From sequence record LC819007.1: a stretch of DNA of 64,000 nt; one strand, 5' to 3'. Position 1 is the first letter of the stretch. Every line of letters begins with the position of its first letter. Under the pieces are notes generated by a model. The model saw only the letters and a list, made by a program, of their open reading frames with translations, did no database searches and was not told the origin of the DNA. The translations under genes and the position numbers were made by a program. This document shows positions 10,415-20,402 of this stretch, piece after piece.

Positions 10415-11728
10415 TTACGCGCGGAACGAGGAGCCTGCACGGAACATGTTGAGCACGTCGCCAATGTCCGGGCCACCGTTCTTGTTCGAAGCCTTCAGAT
10501 CGCGCTCCGAGAGTTCGGTGTATTCCGGGATATCCCGGGTGTAGACACGCACGCGGCCCCACTGCTTGTCGATGATGAACATCAGCATGCCGTAGCCTTG
10601 CTGGAAGAGCTTCTGACGCGTGTTGAAGTCCTTCAGCTTGCCGTAGATCTTCATCTCCAGCGCTTCGGCCGTAGCCGACGACATCACAACGATGTTCGAG
10701 GCGTTGTTCGCCGACACCGAAGCGGAGAGCGCTGCGGACAGACCGTTCTGACGACGCTTTTGCATCATCTGCAGGTACACGCCCGTCTTGTCGGCCTTCA
10801 GGTTCTTTTTGTGCGCGTCGATCAGGTCCTGGCAGAACACGAGATCACGCCAGAAGTCGATCCCGCCCAGACGCCACTTCTTGAAGCGTGCGCCGAAGCT
10901 GATGTCTTCCGAGCCCGAAGCGAGAATAGCCACGAGCGGAGCCGTACCGATGTACATTGCGTTCAGACGGATCACGACCGGCACCGTCACTTCACGTTCG
11001 TTCTCTTTGATCGTGAGGTTGATCATGCGGCCCGCGCCGAGGTTGACCGGATCGCTGATGTCGACGGCCTTGCCGATCGACACTTGACCCGCGTAGTTCA
11101 GCGCGGATTGTGCGCCAGCCTTGGCACCGGCTTTGGCGCCACTGGCAGCATCGTCGATGGCGGTCGAGAACGGCGTGGGCGTGCCCTTGCCGACGGGTTG
11201 CTGGCCTTTGATCGACCACGGATCATTCGATTCGAGTGCCGGCGTTTCTTCGACGTCCGCAGCACGCTTGGCAGCGGCTTCGGCATCTTTCTTGACGGCG
11301 GCTTCGAGGTCTTTCAGGTCCTGCGGCAGTTCGCGCACTTCGCCGTCGACCACGAGCCGATCGTCGAACTCTTCGAGCGCGGCCGAAGCCAGTCCGCCGA
11401 TGGTGCCGATCGCCGAAGCCGTCGGGTTGCGCCGCGTGGCAAACTTGTCCAGACGCTGCTGCACGGAGGCATTGCCAATGCTAATGTTGTGCATTGAAAA
11501 TGCCCGGAGGTAATAGCCGGCGAAGATCGATTGTGCCAGTTGAAGCGTGTCCGGCAACAGGTCGGAATTGCGCAAGTCTTCATCAACCAAGGTCGTCGGA
11601 GCGATCTCGCCTGCCTGGGCATACCCCACCAACGAGTCACCCTTGGGCAAGTCTGCCAGCATCTTGAAACCGTGCTCGATAGCAGCACCGGCTACCTTCA
11701 TTCCGTAGTTTGCTGCAAGTGTGTTCAT
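10415..11728 (-). CDS. Head protein (phiKZ gp89-like)
   Basis: Start moved to ATG 11728 (MNTLAANYG). AALEEF and PALESN sites; conserved-looking WRLGGIDFWRDLVFCQDLID segment; divergent from the gp88-like gene. Confidence 0.6.
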   Translation of the reverse strand: MNTLAANYGMKVAGAAIEHGFKMLADLPKGDSLVGYAQAGEIAPTTLVDEDLRNSDLLPDTLQLAQSIFAGYYLRAFSMHNISIGNASVQQRLDKFATRRNPTASAIGTIGGLASAALEEFDDRLVVDGEVRELPQDLKDLEAAVKKDAEAAAKRAADVEETPALESNDPWSIKGQQPVGKGTPTPFSTAIDDAASGAKAGAKAGAQSALNYAGQVSIGKAVDISDPVNLGAGRMINLTIKENEREVTVPVVIRLNAMYIGTAPLVAILASGSEDISFGARFKKWRLGGIDFWRDLVFCQDLIDAHKKNLKADKTGVYLQMMQKRRQNGLSAALSASVSANNASNIVVMSSATAEALEMKIYGKLKDFNTRQKLFQQGYGMLMFIIDKQWGRVRVYTRDIPEYTELSERDLKASNKNGGPDIGDVLNMFRAGSSFRA

Positions 11729-11755
11729 TTTTTGTTTCCCAAAAAGAAGGATTTG

Positions 11756-12940
11756 ATGATGTCTAATTTGTTTACTGATGTCTGGGGGAGGACATTCACC
11801 CAGGGTGGAACGGTAAACGGTGTAGATGACGTGTGGGCGCGCAGTCCGGTGGGTAACCCGAACACTGCAGTTACTGAGACGTTGTATGGTATTAACCACC
11901 GCAGTCTGAGCAACAGTATTCCCATCAACAAGGACTACTATGGTCTGGCCTTTTTCACCAAGCCGGATTTGCGCTTCACCACGGACAATCTCATTAAGCT
12001 CCGTAAGTTCGCACCCATGCTGACTTCACGTGAAACCTCGCTACCGCGCGCAATTCGCGCGATGCTGGATTTTCGCCACAACACTCATAATGAAGATAGC
12101 TACAATTGTGCCCTGATTGATCCGAAGCAGATCTTCATTCCGATCCTGACCAACCAACTGGTGTCGATGTCGGGCTGGCCCGACGTCGAAGCACCGACCT
12201 TCAAGAGTGATGCAGGTGTCTACGGCGAGGAACATTCGTTCGTCGACGGGATCACAGACATCTACCGGACGTGGGACATGACGGCCAACTTCCGGAACAT
12301 TCCCGGCGATCCTATCACGGCGATGTTCTGGTACTGGATCTCTTATGCTTCAGCGGTGTTTGAAGGCACCCTGACCCCATACGCAGATAACATTGCGGAA
12401 AACGTGATCGACTACCAGACTCGGATCTACCGGGTGGTGTTGGATTCGAGCAAACGCTTTGTTCAAAAGATTGCGTGTACGGGCGCAGCGTTTCCGACGG
12501 GTGTACCGATGGGGATGTCGTTCAACTTCGAGACCGATACCCCGATCAACCGGTTGGACCAGATCCCGATCTCTTTTCGCTGCATCGGCGCCGAGTATCT
12601 GGATGACATGATCATCCACGATTTCAACAAGGCGGTGGTGATTGGCAACCAGGATATGGCGGATGACCAACGCGATGGCGCGGGCCTCGTCAAGGTGCCG
12701 TACGAGTTCATCTACCTCTTTAACTATCTGGGCTATCCGCGCATCAATATCCAGACCTTTGAGCTGGAGTGGTGGGTGTACAACAACACCTATCAGGAGA
12801 TGACGGGCAGCTCAGGTGATGGGGCTTCGATGCCGGACGTGGATCTGGCGGATGTGGACTCGGGCGATCTGAATACCTACACGGGCATCCCGATGACTGG
12901 CACGTCCTCGACCTCACCGGGTGGCGTCCCGAACAAATAA
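11756..12940 (+). CDS. Virion structural protein (phiKZ gp88-like, tail/baseplate-associated)
   Basis: Start moved to ATG 11756 (AGAAGGA RBS). Beta-rich protein co-oriented with the large baseplate-like gene; assignment by synteny. Confidence 0.6.
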   Translation: MMSNLFTDVWGRTFTQGGTVNGVDDVWARSPVGNPNTAVTETLYGINHRSLSNSIPINKDYYGLAFFTKPDLRFTTDNLIKLRKFAPMLTSRETSLPRAIRAMLDFRHNTHNEDSYNCALIDPKQIFIPILTNQLVSMSGWPDVEAPTFKSDAGVYGEEHSFVDGITDIYRTWDMTANFRNIPGDPITAMFWYWISYASAVFEGTLTPYADNIAENVIDYQTRIYRVVLDSSKRFVQKIACTGAAFPTGVPMGMSFNFETDTPINRLDQIPISFRCIGAEYLDDMIIHDFNKAVVIGNQDMADDQRDGAGLVKVPYEFIYLFNYLGYPRINIQTFELEWWVYNNTYQEMTGSSGDGASMPDVDLADVDSGDLNTYTGIPMTGTSSTSPGGVPNK

Positions 12941-12953
12941 TCAGGTAACCACT

Positions 12954-15890
12954 ATGACTGCAACATTTTCCGATCTCTCAACCAGTCTGAATGCGTTTCG
13001 CTATAACCCGACCCGGATGCAGGCAGTGATCCTGCGGGCGGTGCGCGACGTGTACGACGGCAAGTACGACATCGTCGATCCGAGCAATCCCTTCGTGCAC
13101 TTGGTGGAAGCCACGGCGACCGTCGGGGCTTCGGTGATGACCGAGTCGGCGGCAAATAACCGCAAGCAGTACGCCAAGGTTGCGCAGAACATGCAAGACC
13201 TGTATCGCCACATGAACTATGGCGACTTCACCGACATCTTCGCTTTGCCCTCACAGGCAGGCTTTGTGATCGGCTTCGACAAGGACGAGCTGATCTCCCG
13301 GATGGTCTCCGTGCCTGGCACCGAGATCCGCAAAATCGTGATTCCGCGTAACACCACGATCTCGATCTCGGGGGTGTTGTTCTCGTTGCAATATCCGATC
13401 GAGTTGCGGCAGTTGGCGCACGGTGGTTTGCAGGTGGTGTACGACGTCTCCAAGACGACCCCGCTTAAGACCATCGAGTCGAACGTGATCGACTGGAAAT
13501 CGATCCGGGACAGTTCGGGCAACGAACAGATCTTCTTCCCGGTAATGCTGGACCAGTTCAACATCACGACGCTGAGCGACGTGGTCAACAGCACGCAGAA
13601 GTTCTCGCTCTCCACCACGATCTCCGATCAGTTTTACTTTGCTCGGGTGTGGCGCGAAGCGTCGGATGGCAGCTGGGTGGAAATGGATACCACTTACAGC
13701 CAGGACATCTACAGCAACAACGGCCCGGTGGCAATTGTCAAGGTGGTGGACAAGCAGGTGACGGTAGAGATTCCGATCGTGTTCGTGAAGACCGGTCAGA
13801 TCTCGGGCAAGATCCGCATGGACGTTTACCAGACCAAGGGGCCGCAAACGCTGGACCTCTCCAGCTTTGACTACAAGCAGTTCGTGGTCAACTGGCTGGC
13901 GATTGACGTGAACGAGCGGGACCAGTATGTCTCGCCGCTGAAGGCCATGACCTCGACCCAGGTGTATTCGAGCGCCATGACGACGGGTGGCCAGGACGCC
14001 ATGACCTTTGACGCCCTGAAGGATCGGGTGATCTCGAATGCGTTTGGCTCCACGGTGTTGCCCATCACGCCGGCACAGGCTCAGAAGAAGCTGGAGCGCG
14101 ATGGCTACAACATCGTGAAGAATCTGGACCACGTGACGGATCGGGTGTTTGCAGCAGCGCGTGCGATGCCGGACCCGACGGACACGGATCTGATCACCCC
14201 GGCCTCTGCCGGTATTCACACGCTCTCGGACACCATTGAACATCTGAGCGTGTTGTCGACCACCTACAGCAACAACAACGGCGTGAGCCTGACGGTGACA
14301 CCCAATACGCTGTACAAGGTGGTGGGTGGCGTGTTGCAGGTGTGCTCGGATTCCGAAGTGCAGTTGCTCAACTCGTTGCCGGGTGACAAGAAGGCCACGG
14401 CGATCACGCAGGGTGGGTATTTCTACTCGCCGTTCCACTACGTGTTCGATACCGACAACAACACCTTCGACTCGCGGGCCTACTACCTCGACTCGCCGGT
14501 AGTCAATTCGCGCAGCTACGTGGATGAGAACGACCTGACGCTGCTGTCAGTCGCCACAGGTTCGGCTGTCCTGCAGCGTACACCTTCGGGTTGGTCGTTG
14601 ACGCTGGCGACGTCGTCGAGTGCGGAGTTCCAACAGCTGGATGACGAGAACGTGCACGTCACGCTCGCCTACCAGCCGGATCGTTCGGGTGACTACGCCT
14701 ATACCCTCGGCACACTGCTGGGTAAGCTGGATACGGGTGAGCGGGTGTATCAGTTCGACATCAAGACGAGCTACGACATCGATGCGAATAACTCGATGGA
14801 GTTGACCAACTTCATGATGTACGAGAACACCCAGCAGTTCCTGCGCACGACGCTGGAGCAAAGCTTTGACGTGTTCTGGTCAGTGTCGGTGCCGATGCCC
14901 TCGGGCTGGGAGCCGGCTGCATTCGATCCGTTGATTGGCCGCTTCCTGCTGCCGGAAGGTACTGTCGGTGTCTCGCGTGAACGAGTGGACCTGATTCTGG
15001 GTTATGCGTTGACGAACCTGTGGACGCGGGCCCGGACGGTGGTGGGTGAGAACGACTACGCGGTGTGGGATGTGGATGTGCAAGCCACTTACGAGAAGGA
15101 CGTCTACCAAGCCGATCCGGTCACGGGTGCTGCATTCACGATCGTTAATGGCCAGCTCGTCTACACTAAGCTTCACGCTGCGGGTGATCTGCAATTTGAA
15201 GCGGACGGCACGACCCCGATCTACAAGTATCACAAGGGCGACATCAAGAAGGATGCCTATGGCAATCCTGTCGTGGTGGGTGGGCGCAAACTCACACGTC
15301 AGATCGATCTGTTCCTGCTGGAAGCGCAGTATTTCTTCGCGACCAACAAAGTCACGACCGATTACCGCAAGCAGCTGGTGGATACGATCGTGGGCTGGAT
15401 CGCTAACGATCTGAAGAGCCTCTCGACGATGCTGCTGGACAAGACCTCGATTTACTTCTATCCGGTGCAGAACGTGGGCTCGGTGGATGTGGTCTATGGT
15501 GCGGGTCTGAAGTCGACGATTGATGCGGGGCAGTATTTCAACCTGCGTCTGTACGTGAAGGACTCGGTCTACAAGAACGACAAGCTGCGTGATGCACTGA
15601 CGCGGGCAACGGTGGTGACCTATAGCGAATGCTTGAAGTCGAAGACCGTGTCGAACTCGCAGATCGTGGATGCGCTGAAGACGACCTACGGCGATGACGT
15701 GGTGGCCTTTGATCAGGAAGGCTTGGGTGGTGAGGCAGCTTTGTCCATCTGCACGATGGTGGATGACTCGGCCCGTCTGACGTTGCGTAAGAAGCTGGAG
15801 TATCGTCCGGATCAGACGTTTGCGTTGCGGGAAGACGTGAACATCGAGTTCGTGGCGGCAGAACGCGCTGGCGTGGTGTTCGACCAGTAA
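12954..15890 (+). CDS. Large baseplate wedge-like virion protein (phiKZ gp87-like)
   Basis: About 978 aa from ATG 12954. N-terminal DPSNPFVHLVE...LYRHM and GGQDAMTFDALKDRV segments resemble baseplate wedge (gp6/J-like) proteins; synteny. Confidence 0.6.
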   Translation: MTATFSDLSTSLNAFRYNPTRMQAVILRAVRDVYDGKYDIVDPSNPFVHLVEATATVGASVMTESAANNRKQYAKVAQNMQDLYRHMNYGDFTDIFALPSQAGFVIGFDKDELISRMVSVPGTEIRKIVIPRNTTISISGVLFSLQYPIELRQLAHGGLQVVYDVSKTTPLKTIESNVIDWKSIRDSSGNEQIFFPVMLDQFNITTLSDVVNSTQKFSLSTTISDQFYFARVWREASDGSWVEMDTTYSQDIYSNNGPVAIVKVVDKQVTVEIPIVFVKTGQISGKIRMDVYQTKGPQTLDLSSFDYKQFVVNWLAIDVNERDQYVSPLKAMTSTQVYSSAMTTGGQDAMTFDALKDRVISNAFGSTVLPITPAQAQKKLERDGYNIVKNLDHVTDRVFAAARAMPDPTDTDLITPASAGIHTLSDTIEHLSVLSTTYSNNNGVSLTVTPNTLYKVVGGVLQVCSDSEVQLLNSLPGDKKATAITQGGYFYSPFHYVFDTDNNTFDSRAYYLDSPVVNSRSYVDENDLTLLSVATGSAVLQRTPSGWSLTLATSSSAEFQQLDDENVHVTLAYQPDRSGDYAYTLGTLLGKLDTGERVYQFDIKTSYDIDANNSMELTNFMMYENTQQFLRTTLEQSFDVFWSVSVPMPSGWEPAAFDPLIGRFLLPEGTVGVSRERVDLILGYALTNLWTRARTVVGENDYAVWDVDVQATYEKDVYQADPVTGAAFTIVNGQLVYTKLHAAGDLQFEADGTTPIYKYHKGDIKKDAYGNPVVVGGRKLTRQIDLFLLEAQYFFATNKVTTDYRKQLVDTIVGWIANDLKSLSTMLLDKTSIYFYPVQNVGSVDVVYGAGLKSTIDAGQYFNLRLYVKDSVYKNDKLRDALTRATVVTYSECLKSKTVSNSQIVDALKTTYGDDVVAFDQEGLGGEAALSICTMVDDSARLTLRKKLEYRPDQTFALREDVNIEFVAAERAGVVFDQ

Positions 15891-15901
15891 GCGGCTAAGC
15901 G

Positions 15902-15936
15902 GCATAAGGGCCGGGGGTGACCCCGGCCTTTTATGC
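15902..15936. terminator. Bidirectional terminator flanked by GCATAA/TTATGC
   Basis: GCATAAGGGCCGGGGGTGACCCCGGCCTTTTATGC between convergent genes. Confidence 0.85.
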
Positions 15937-15948
15937 TGTCGTGAGACT

Positions 15949-17025
15949 TTATGCGGTCAACACGTCGTAGGCGATCTTGTGGACCGTATCCAGACGCGTG
16001 CACAGTCCGACGTAAGCCGTCATGTCGGAGAGCACCTTCTGCACCAGCTGAAGCTTCTGCACCGATTCTTCCGAACCGTCACTTTGCAGCTTTTGCACCT
16101 GACCCTGGAGGCTCTCGATATACTTCGTGAGCGTGTCCAGCGTGTAGGTGGCTTGTGCGTAGGTGATGGCTCGGCCGAGGATGGCGTTGTTCAGACCGTA
16201 GACAAACTTCATCAACGTGTCGTCGTTCTTGCTGCCTTCCTTGGCCTCGGTATTACAGACAGCCACCGCACGCATCAGATCAGCGATGTCGTCTTCGACG
16301 CCGTCAAGGTGTTCGACATCGGTCCGGGCGATCTTCTTGGCCAGACCCATAGCCGACTCGTAGGACGCATGGAAGGTCTGGTCCAACGAGACGCAGAACA
16401 GAACCAGACGTTCAGCCCCGAGGTTCTTCTCGATGGCTTCGGTCTTCTCTTCCATGAACTTCTCGACGGCTTCCTTGCGGGTGAACTTCTTGCCGAGGTA
16501 ACCCTCAGCCCGCGCGAATGCTGTTTCGAGCACGTCCTTGCTGATCACCTTCTCAGCGACGACGACATCACCTTGTTGCTTGGCAGCCTGGGCCGAGGAG
16601 TCCTTCGCCTTGTTGATGGCGGTCGCAGCATGTGCTGCTGCCGCGGCTTCACCGGACTTGGCTTGACGGATCACGTTATCGACCACCTTGGCCAATTGGT
16701 CATCCGTCGGACCCTTCAGATGTTTCAGTCCTTCTTCCCGCGCTTTCGCATCCTTACCGCGACCACCCAGGAACTTCTTGATGTGGTCGACGATACGACG
16801 GATAAACGCCATGATCGCTTCAACCATGCGCTTGACCACACCCAGCTTTTCCTTGCCGTCCTTCTTGGTGTCGGAGTCGGTGGATTCCAGCCCCACCGAG
16901 TACCACGACTTACCGAGCTTGACGCTGGTGCTGTAGTAGTCAAGCGTGCCTTGCGACACGGCCTTCTCCAACGCCTGGGCTTCCAGGGCGATAGAGTGTG
17001 CGAATTCTTCTGTGTTGTTATTCAC
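15949..17025 (-). CDS. Internal head protein, second paralog cluster
   Basis: IALEAQ and VGLEST sites, then helix VVKRMVEAIMAFIRRIVDHIKKFL. Confidence 0.65.
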   Translation of the reverse strand: MNNNTEEFAHSIALEAQALEKAVSQGTLDYYSTSVKLGKSWYSVGLESTDSDTKKDGKEKLGVVKRMVEAIMAFIRRIVDHIKKFLGGRGKDAKAREEGLKHLKGPTDDQLAKVVDNVIRQAKSGEAAAAAHAATAINKAKDSSAQAAKQQGDVVVAEKVISKDVLETAFARAEGYLGKKFTRKEAVEKFMEEKTEAIEKNLGAERLVLFCVSLDQTFHASYESAMGLAKKIARTDVEHLDGVEDDIADLMRAVAVCNTEAKEGSKNDDTLMKFVYGLNNAILGRAITYAQATYTLDTLTKYIESLQGQVQKLQSDGSEESVQKLQLVQKVLSDMTAYVGLCTRLDTVHKIAYDVLTA

Positions 17026-17039
17026 GATGGCTTGTCCTA

Positions 17040-18470
17040 TTAGCCGAGAATTGCTTCCGCTTCACCCTGCTCCATGCCGAGGTTCTTGGCCTCTGCCAGC
17101 ACTTTCTCACGCAGCTTGGCGGAGACCGCTTGCTGCAGAGTTGCTTTCAGATTGGCCAGACCGCGCAGGAAGCCGATCAGCTGTCCGATCACCGAGTACG
17201 AGAACGCGATACGTTGCGTGGTCGGAATGATGACCTGCTTGTTGAAGTTCTTGAGTGCGTCGAGCGAGGCCTTGGCCTGTTGCTCCAGCTGCTTGTCCGG
17301 CGTGTACAGCTCCATGCGATACAGCGACTCGGTAAGCGTCTCCATTCCGGAGAGGAGCTTCTGCTGGTCATGCATGTCCGACTCCAGCATCTCGCGACCG
17401 TAGATGAATGCGGCAGTCATCTTGGGCGACGCAGCCAAGCGGTAAAAGTCTTCCCACTTCTCAGCGCGATAGTCCGAGTTCAATTGCTTGAACGCGATCA
17501 GGGCTTTGGCGTGCGCGTCAGCAGCCGCGACGATCTTGCTGAAGTGGTCGCCCGTCACTGCTTTCTCGACGCCGTCGTAGTCCTTGCGGGACACTGCGCG
17601 TTGCAAGTCAGCGAGCAGGATGTTCACGTTGACGATGCTGTCTTCATGCGTGGCCATCAGCGGAGCGATACTGTCCTGATCACCCAGGAACTTGGTGACG
17701 AACGGCAGCTTCGAGAGCATCGCGTTCAGCTCCATCAGCAATGCTTCGTTGAACACTTCGGCCGGACGCATCGTATCGACCACCTGCAACAGCTTGGCGG
17801 TCTTCTCAGCCTTGGCTTTGGCTTGTGCGGCGACTTCCTGATCGTGCTCGGCTTGCTTAGCCGCTTCGTCAGCCTGACGCTGCAGCACAATCGCACGTTC
17901 CTTAGCCTGCTGGATGATCTCGGCCGTTTCTTTCTCGTAGCCGCCGAGTGCGGCACCCACTTGCTGCACTTCTTCCTTGGCCGTGCCCAGCAACTTCACG
18001 TTCTCGGGCGTGGTGATTTGCTTCTCACCGACACGCGAGACCAGGCCCTTGAACCAGCCGACGATCTTGCGATACATGTCGACGATGAAGTCCTTGATCT
18101 TCTGCAGGATGCCGCCCTTCTTTTCCTCGACCTCTTCGTTCGCCACCTGCAACAGCGTACGGCTCGGGTGTTTGGTGAAGAATTCGACCGGCCGGTCGTC
18201 ATTCAGGAAGCCGGGCATCAGGCTTTCGCATTCCAGGGCGATGGTCTGATCCATGCCCTTGTTGGCCTTGATGCTGCCTTGCAACAGTTCGAGATCGCGC
18301 AGCTGCACTTCGAGGTCTTCGACGCCGACCGCGATCAAGTCGATGTCATCACGCAGCTCGGGAAGTTCCCCGTTGTCGCTTTCCTTGAAAGCGTTGACGG
18401 TAACTGCCGGGGCTGCTTTCGGTTCCATGCTGTCGTCTGCCAGCAGGAATTCGTCATTCAATCCGGACAT
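17040..18470 (-). CDS. Internal head protein, second paralog cluster
   Basis: Start moved to ATG 18470 because the track start lies inside the upstream terminator. IALECE and VANEEV sites; helix ILQKIKDFIVDMYRKIVGWFKGL. Confidence 0.7.
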   Translation of the reverse strand: MSGLNDEFLLADDSMEPKAAPAVTVNAFKESDNGELPELRDDIDLIAVGVEDLEVQLRDLELLQGSIKANKGMDQTIALECESLMPGFLNDDRPVEFFTKHPSRTLLQVANEEVEEKKGGILQKIKDFIVDMYRKIVGWFKGLVSRVGEKQITTPENVKLLGTAKEEVQQVGAALGGYEKETAEIIQQAKERAIVLQRQADEAAKQAEHDQEVAAQAKAKAEKTAKLLQVVDTMRPAEVFNEALLMELNAMLSKLPFVTKFLGDQDSIAPLMATHEDSIVNVNILLADLQRAVSRKDYDGVEKAVTGDHFSKIVAAADAHAKALIAFKQLNSDYRAEKWEDFYRLAASPKMTAAFIYGREMLESDMHDQQKLLSGMETLTESLYRMELYTPDKQLEQQAKASLDALKNFNKQVIIPTTQRIAFSYSVIGQLIGFLRGLANLKATLQQAVSAKLREKVLAEAKNLGMEQGEAEAILG

Positions 18471-18504
18471 GGTGGATGTTCTCTCAATAATCAATGGAAT
18501 AAAG

Positions 18505-18533
18505 CTCCAGTGGACCGCGTCCACTGGAGCTCT
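18505..18533 (-). terminator. Terminator hairpin
   Basis: AGCTCCAGTGGAC/GTCCACTGGAGCT 13-bp stem after the stop at 18547; T-rich tail on the minus strand. Confidence 0.7.
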
Positions 18534-18546
18534 GTGTTGCTGAAGC

Positions 18547-19875
18547 TTAGAACTCGATCTGGAAGCCCTTGCCGTTCAGTGCCTTGACCAGCTGGGCTTT
18601 CTGCTCTTGCGACAGACCCGAACCAGCGTTGACTACCGCCTTCTCGAATGCGTCGACCAGACCCATCAGGGACTTGCCCACTTCGTTGATCGAGGACACT
18701 GCATCAGCCCGCACCTTCCACAGCCGCAGAATGTCTGCACCGAGCTTGGCAAGACGACGATAGAGGCCAGCGATCTTCTGCGCGAAAGCATTGCACTTCT
18801 CAGCCGGGACATCGTCCGGGATCATTTCCAGGATGTCTTCGAGCTTGGTCATGTCGCTCATCTGGATCACGTGCTTGACCGCGCCCACCATGTTTTCGAC
18901 CTGTTGCTGAATCGACACGCGCTTGAAGTCTTCGGCGGCCTGGGAGACGTTCTCGTACAGCTGATTGAACGGCACCGGCTTGTCATCGCCCATCTCGGAC
19001 GATTCCTGGTCGTTGACCACCATGTTCTTCTCGAACGCGTCCAGCTCATGGGCAATGCCGTCGATGCCTTCGATGGCCTGATAGAACTGCTCAGCATGGC
19101 GCGTCTTCATTGCCGTGTCGGCAGCCTTGCTGGCCTTGAAGAGGATCTGGGCGATCGCCGAGTTCGCATCTTCCTTGAACAGCTCTTGCACCGAGACGAT
19201 GCCCTTGGCCAGTCGGTAGTGCACCGGGTTCTCCGACATCTGCTGTTCCAGACGTTCAGCCGAGGAATGCAGGCCGTTCAGCTGATCGGTCAGGCTCGCT
19301 GCGTAGGCTTTGGAGTCGCCATCGATCCAGCGCGCGATTTCATCCGCGGCTTCAGCGGGATCATCCGGCAGGCTGGTGATATAGGCGATCGCTTCCTTGT
19401 TGCGGCGTTCAGCGACGAACTGCTGCAGGCTTTCGTCCAGCTCGGTGGCGCCGGGCTTAGAGAACTTGGCCGTGAGCCAGCTCATGAAACGCTTGTACAG
19501 ATCCGCCACGAAGGTACGTACCTTCTGCACGATGGCCTTCAGGGTCTCTGTAACGGCCTTCACGCCGTCGTTGAGCCCTTCCAGCGACGGACGGTGCGTA
19601 AATACGGCGTGACCGCCTGCGCGCTTCAGGAAGCCCGGATCGAGCTTGTCGAGTTCGCGCGCCATATCGAGATTGATGCCTTCGATGGCCATGCGCGAGC
19701 CCAGTGCTTCGAGGGCGCACGCGGCGTCATCCAGCACGTCGAGATCGTCCTGCACCAGGTATTCACCCGGCAGCTCCATGTCCGCGTCTTCCGCCCGGTC
19801 TTCTTCACCGGAGAGCGGTACGTTGGTGATTTCGAGTTCCGGTTCGTCCTCGATAACGAGAATCTTCAGGGACAT
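18547..19875 (-). CDS. Internal head protein, second paralog cluster
   Basis: AGGAG RBS; MAIEGI and PSLEGL sites; helix LKAIVQKVRTFVADLYKRFMSWL; F-T-x-H/R-P-S motif shared with 17040..18470. Confidence 0.7.
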   Translation of the reverse strand: MSLKILVIEDEPELEITNVPLSGEEDRAEDADMELPGEYLVQDDLDVLDDAACALEALGSRMAIEGINLDMARELDKLDPGFLKRAGGHAVFTHRPSLEGLNDGVKAVTETLKAIVQKVRTFVADLYKRFMSWLTAKFSKPGATELDESLQQFVAERRNKEAIAYITSLPDDPAEAADEIARWIDGDSKAYAASLTDQLNGLHSSAERLEQQMSENPVHYRLAKGIVSVQELFKEDANSAIAQILFKASKAADTAMKTRHAEQFYQAIEGIDGIAHELDAFEKNMVVNDQESSEMGDDKPVPFNQLYENVSQAAEDFKRVSIQQQVENMVGAVKHVIQMSDMTKLEDILEMIPDDVPAEKCNAFAQKIAGLYRRLAKLGADILRLWKVRADAVSSINEVGKSLMGLVDAFEKAVVNAGSGLSQEQKAQLVKALNGKGFQIEF

Positions 19876-19884
19876 GTTCGCTCC

Positions 19885-20337
19885 TTATGCCGTAGCGAAG
19901 TTGTCTTCGATGACGTTGCAGATGTGCAGATACACGCGGCCGATGGCCTGGTTGTTCGTGTTGCAGAACGCGATCGTTTCCGGCGAGAAGAACTTCGGCA
20001 CGCCGAACACCGAGCAGAAGAAGTCGCCCGGTACTTGATCCATACGTGGGCACTTGTGGATTGCTTCGTAGCGCAGCAACCAGAAGTTGCGGGCAAAGTC
20101 GAGCGCGAGTGCCGTGTCGAGCACGGAGACTTCGTTCAGCGAGCTGACCACGCGCTTGGCGAACGATTCCACCGTCATGCGGTAGTGCGTTTCAGCGTCG
20201 TCCACTTCCGAGGACGGCAATACGGCGTTGCACGCGCAGGCATAACCGATAGCGATGGCGGCGATACGATGACGCTCCTGCACAGGGCCCTGGAGCGATT
20301 GCATCACATTCACGAAGGGAAAGAGTTTTGCATTCAT
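19885..20337 (-). CDS. Hypothetical protein in the head gene cluster
   Basis: 150-aa ORF between head genes, co-oriented, 9 nt from the next gene. Confidence 0.65.
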   Translation of the reverse strand: MNAKLFPFVNVMQSLQGPVQERHRIAAIAIGYACACNAVLPSSEVDDAETHYRMTVESFAKRVVSSLNEVSVLDTALALDFARNFWLLRYEAIHKCPRMDQVPGDFFCSVFGVPKFFSPETIAFCNTNNQAIGRVYLHICNVIEDNFATA

Positions 20338-20402
20338 GGTGAACTTTGTAAATCTGAATGGGGTGGTAAAAGCCAGGGATATACTATCCCTGGCCTGTGC
20401 GT

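Noticed and set aside
12921-12953. Overlap of the baseplate-like ORF with the upstream gene as a frameshift
   Set aside because: No slippery sequence; a normal ATG at 12954 explains it.
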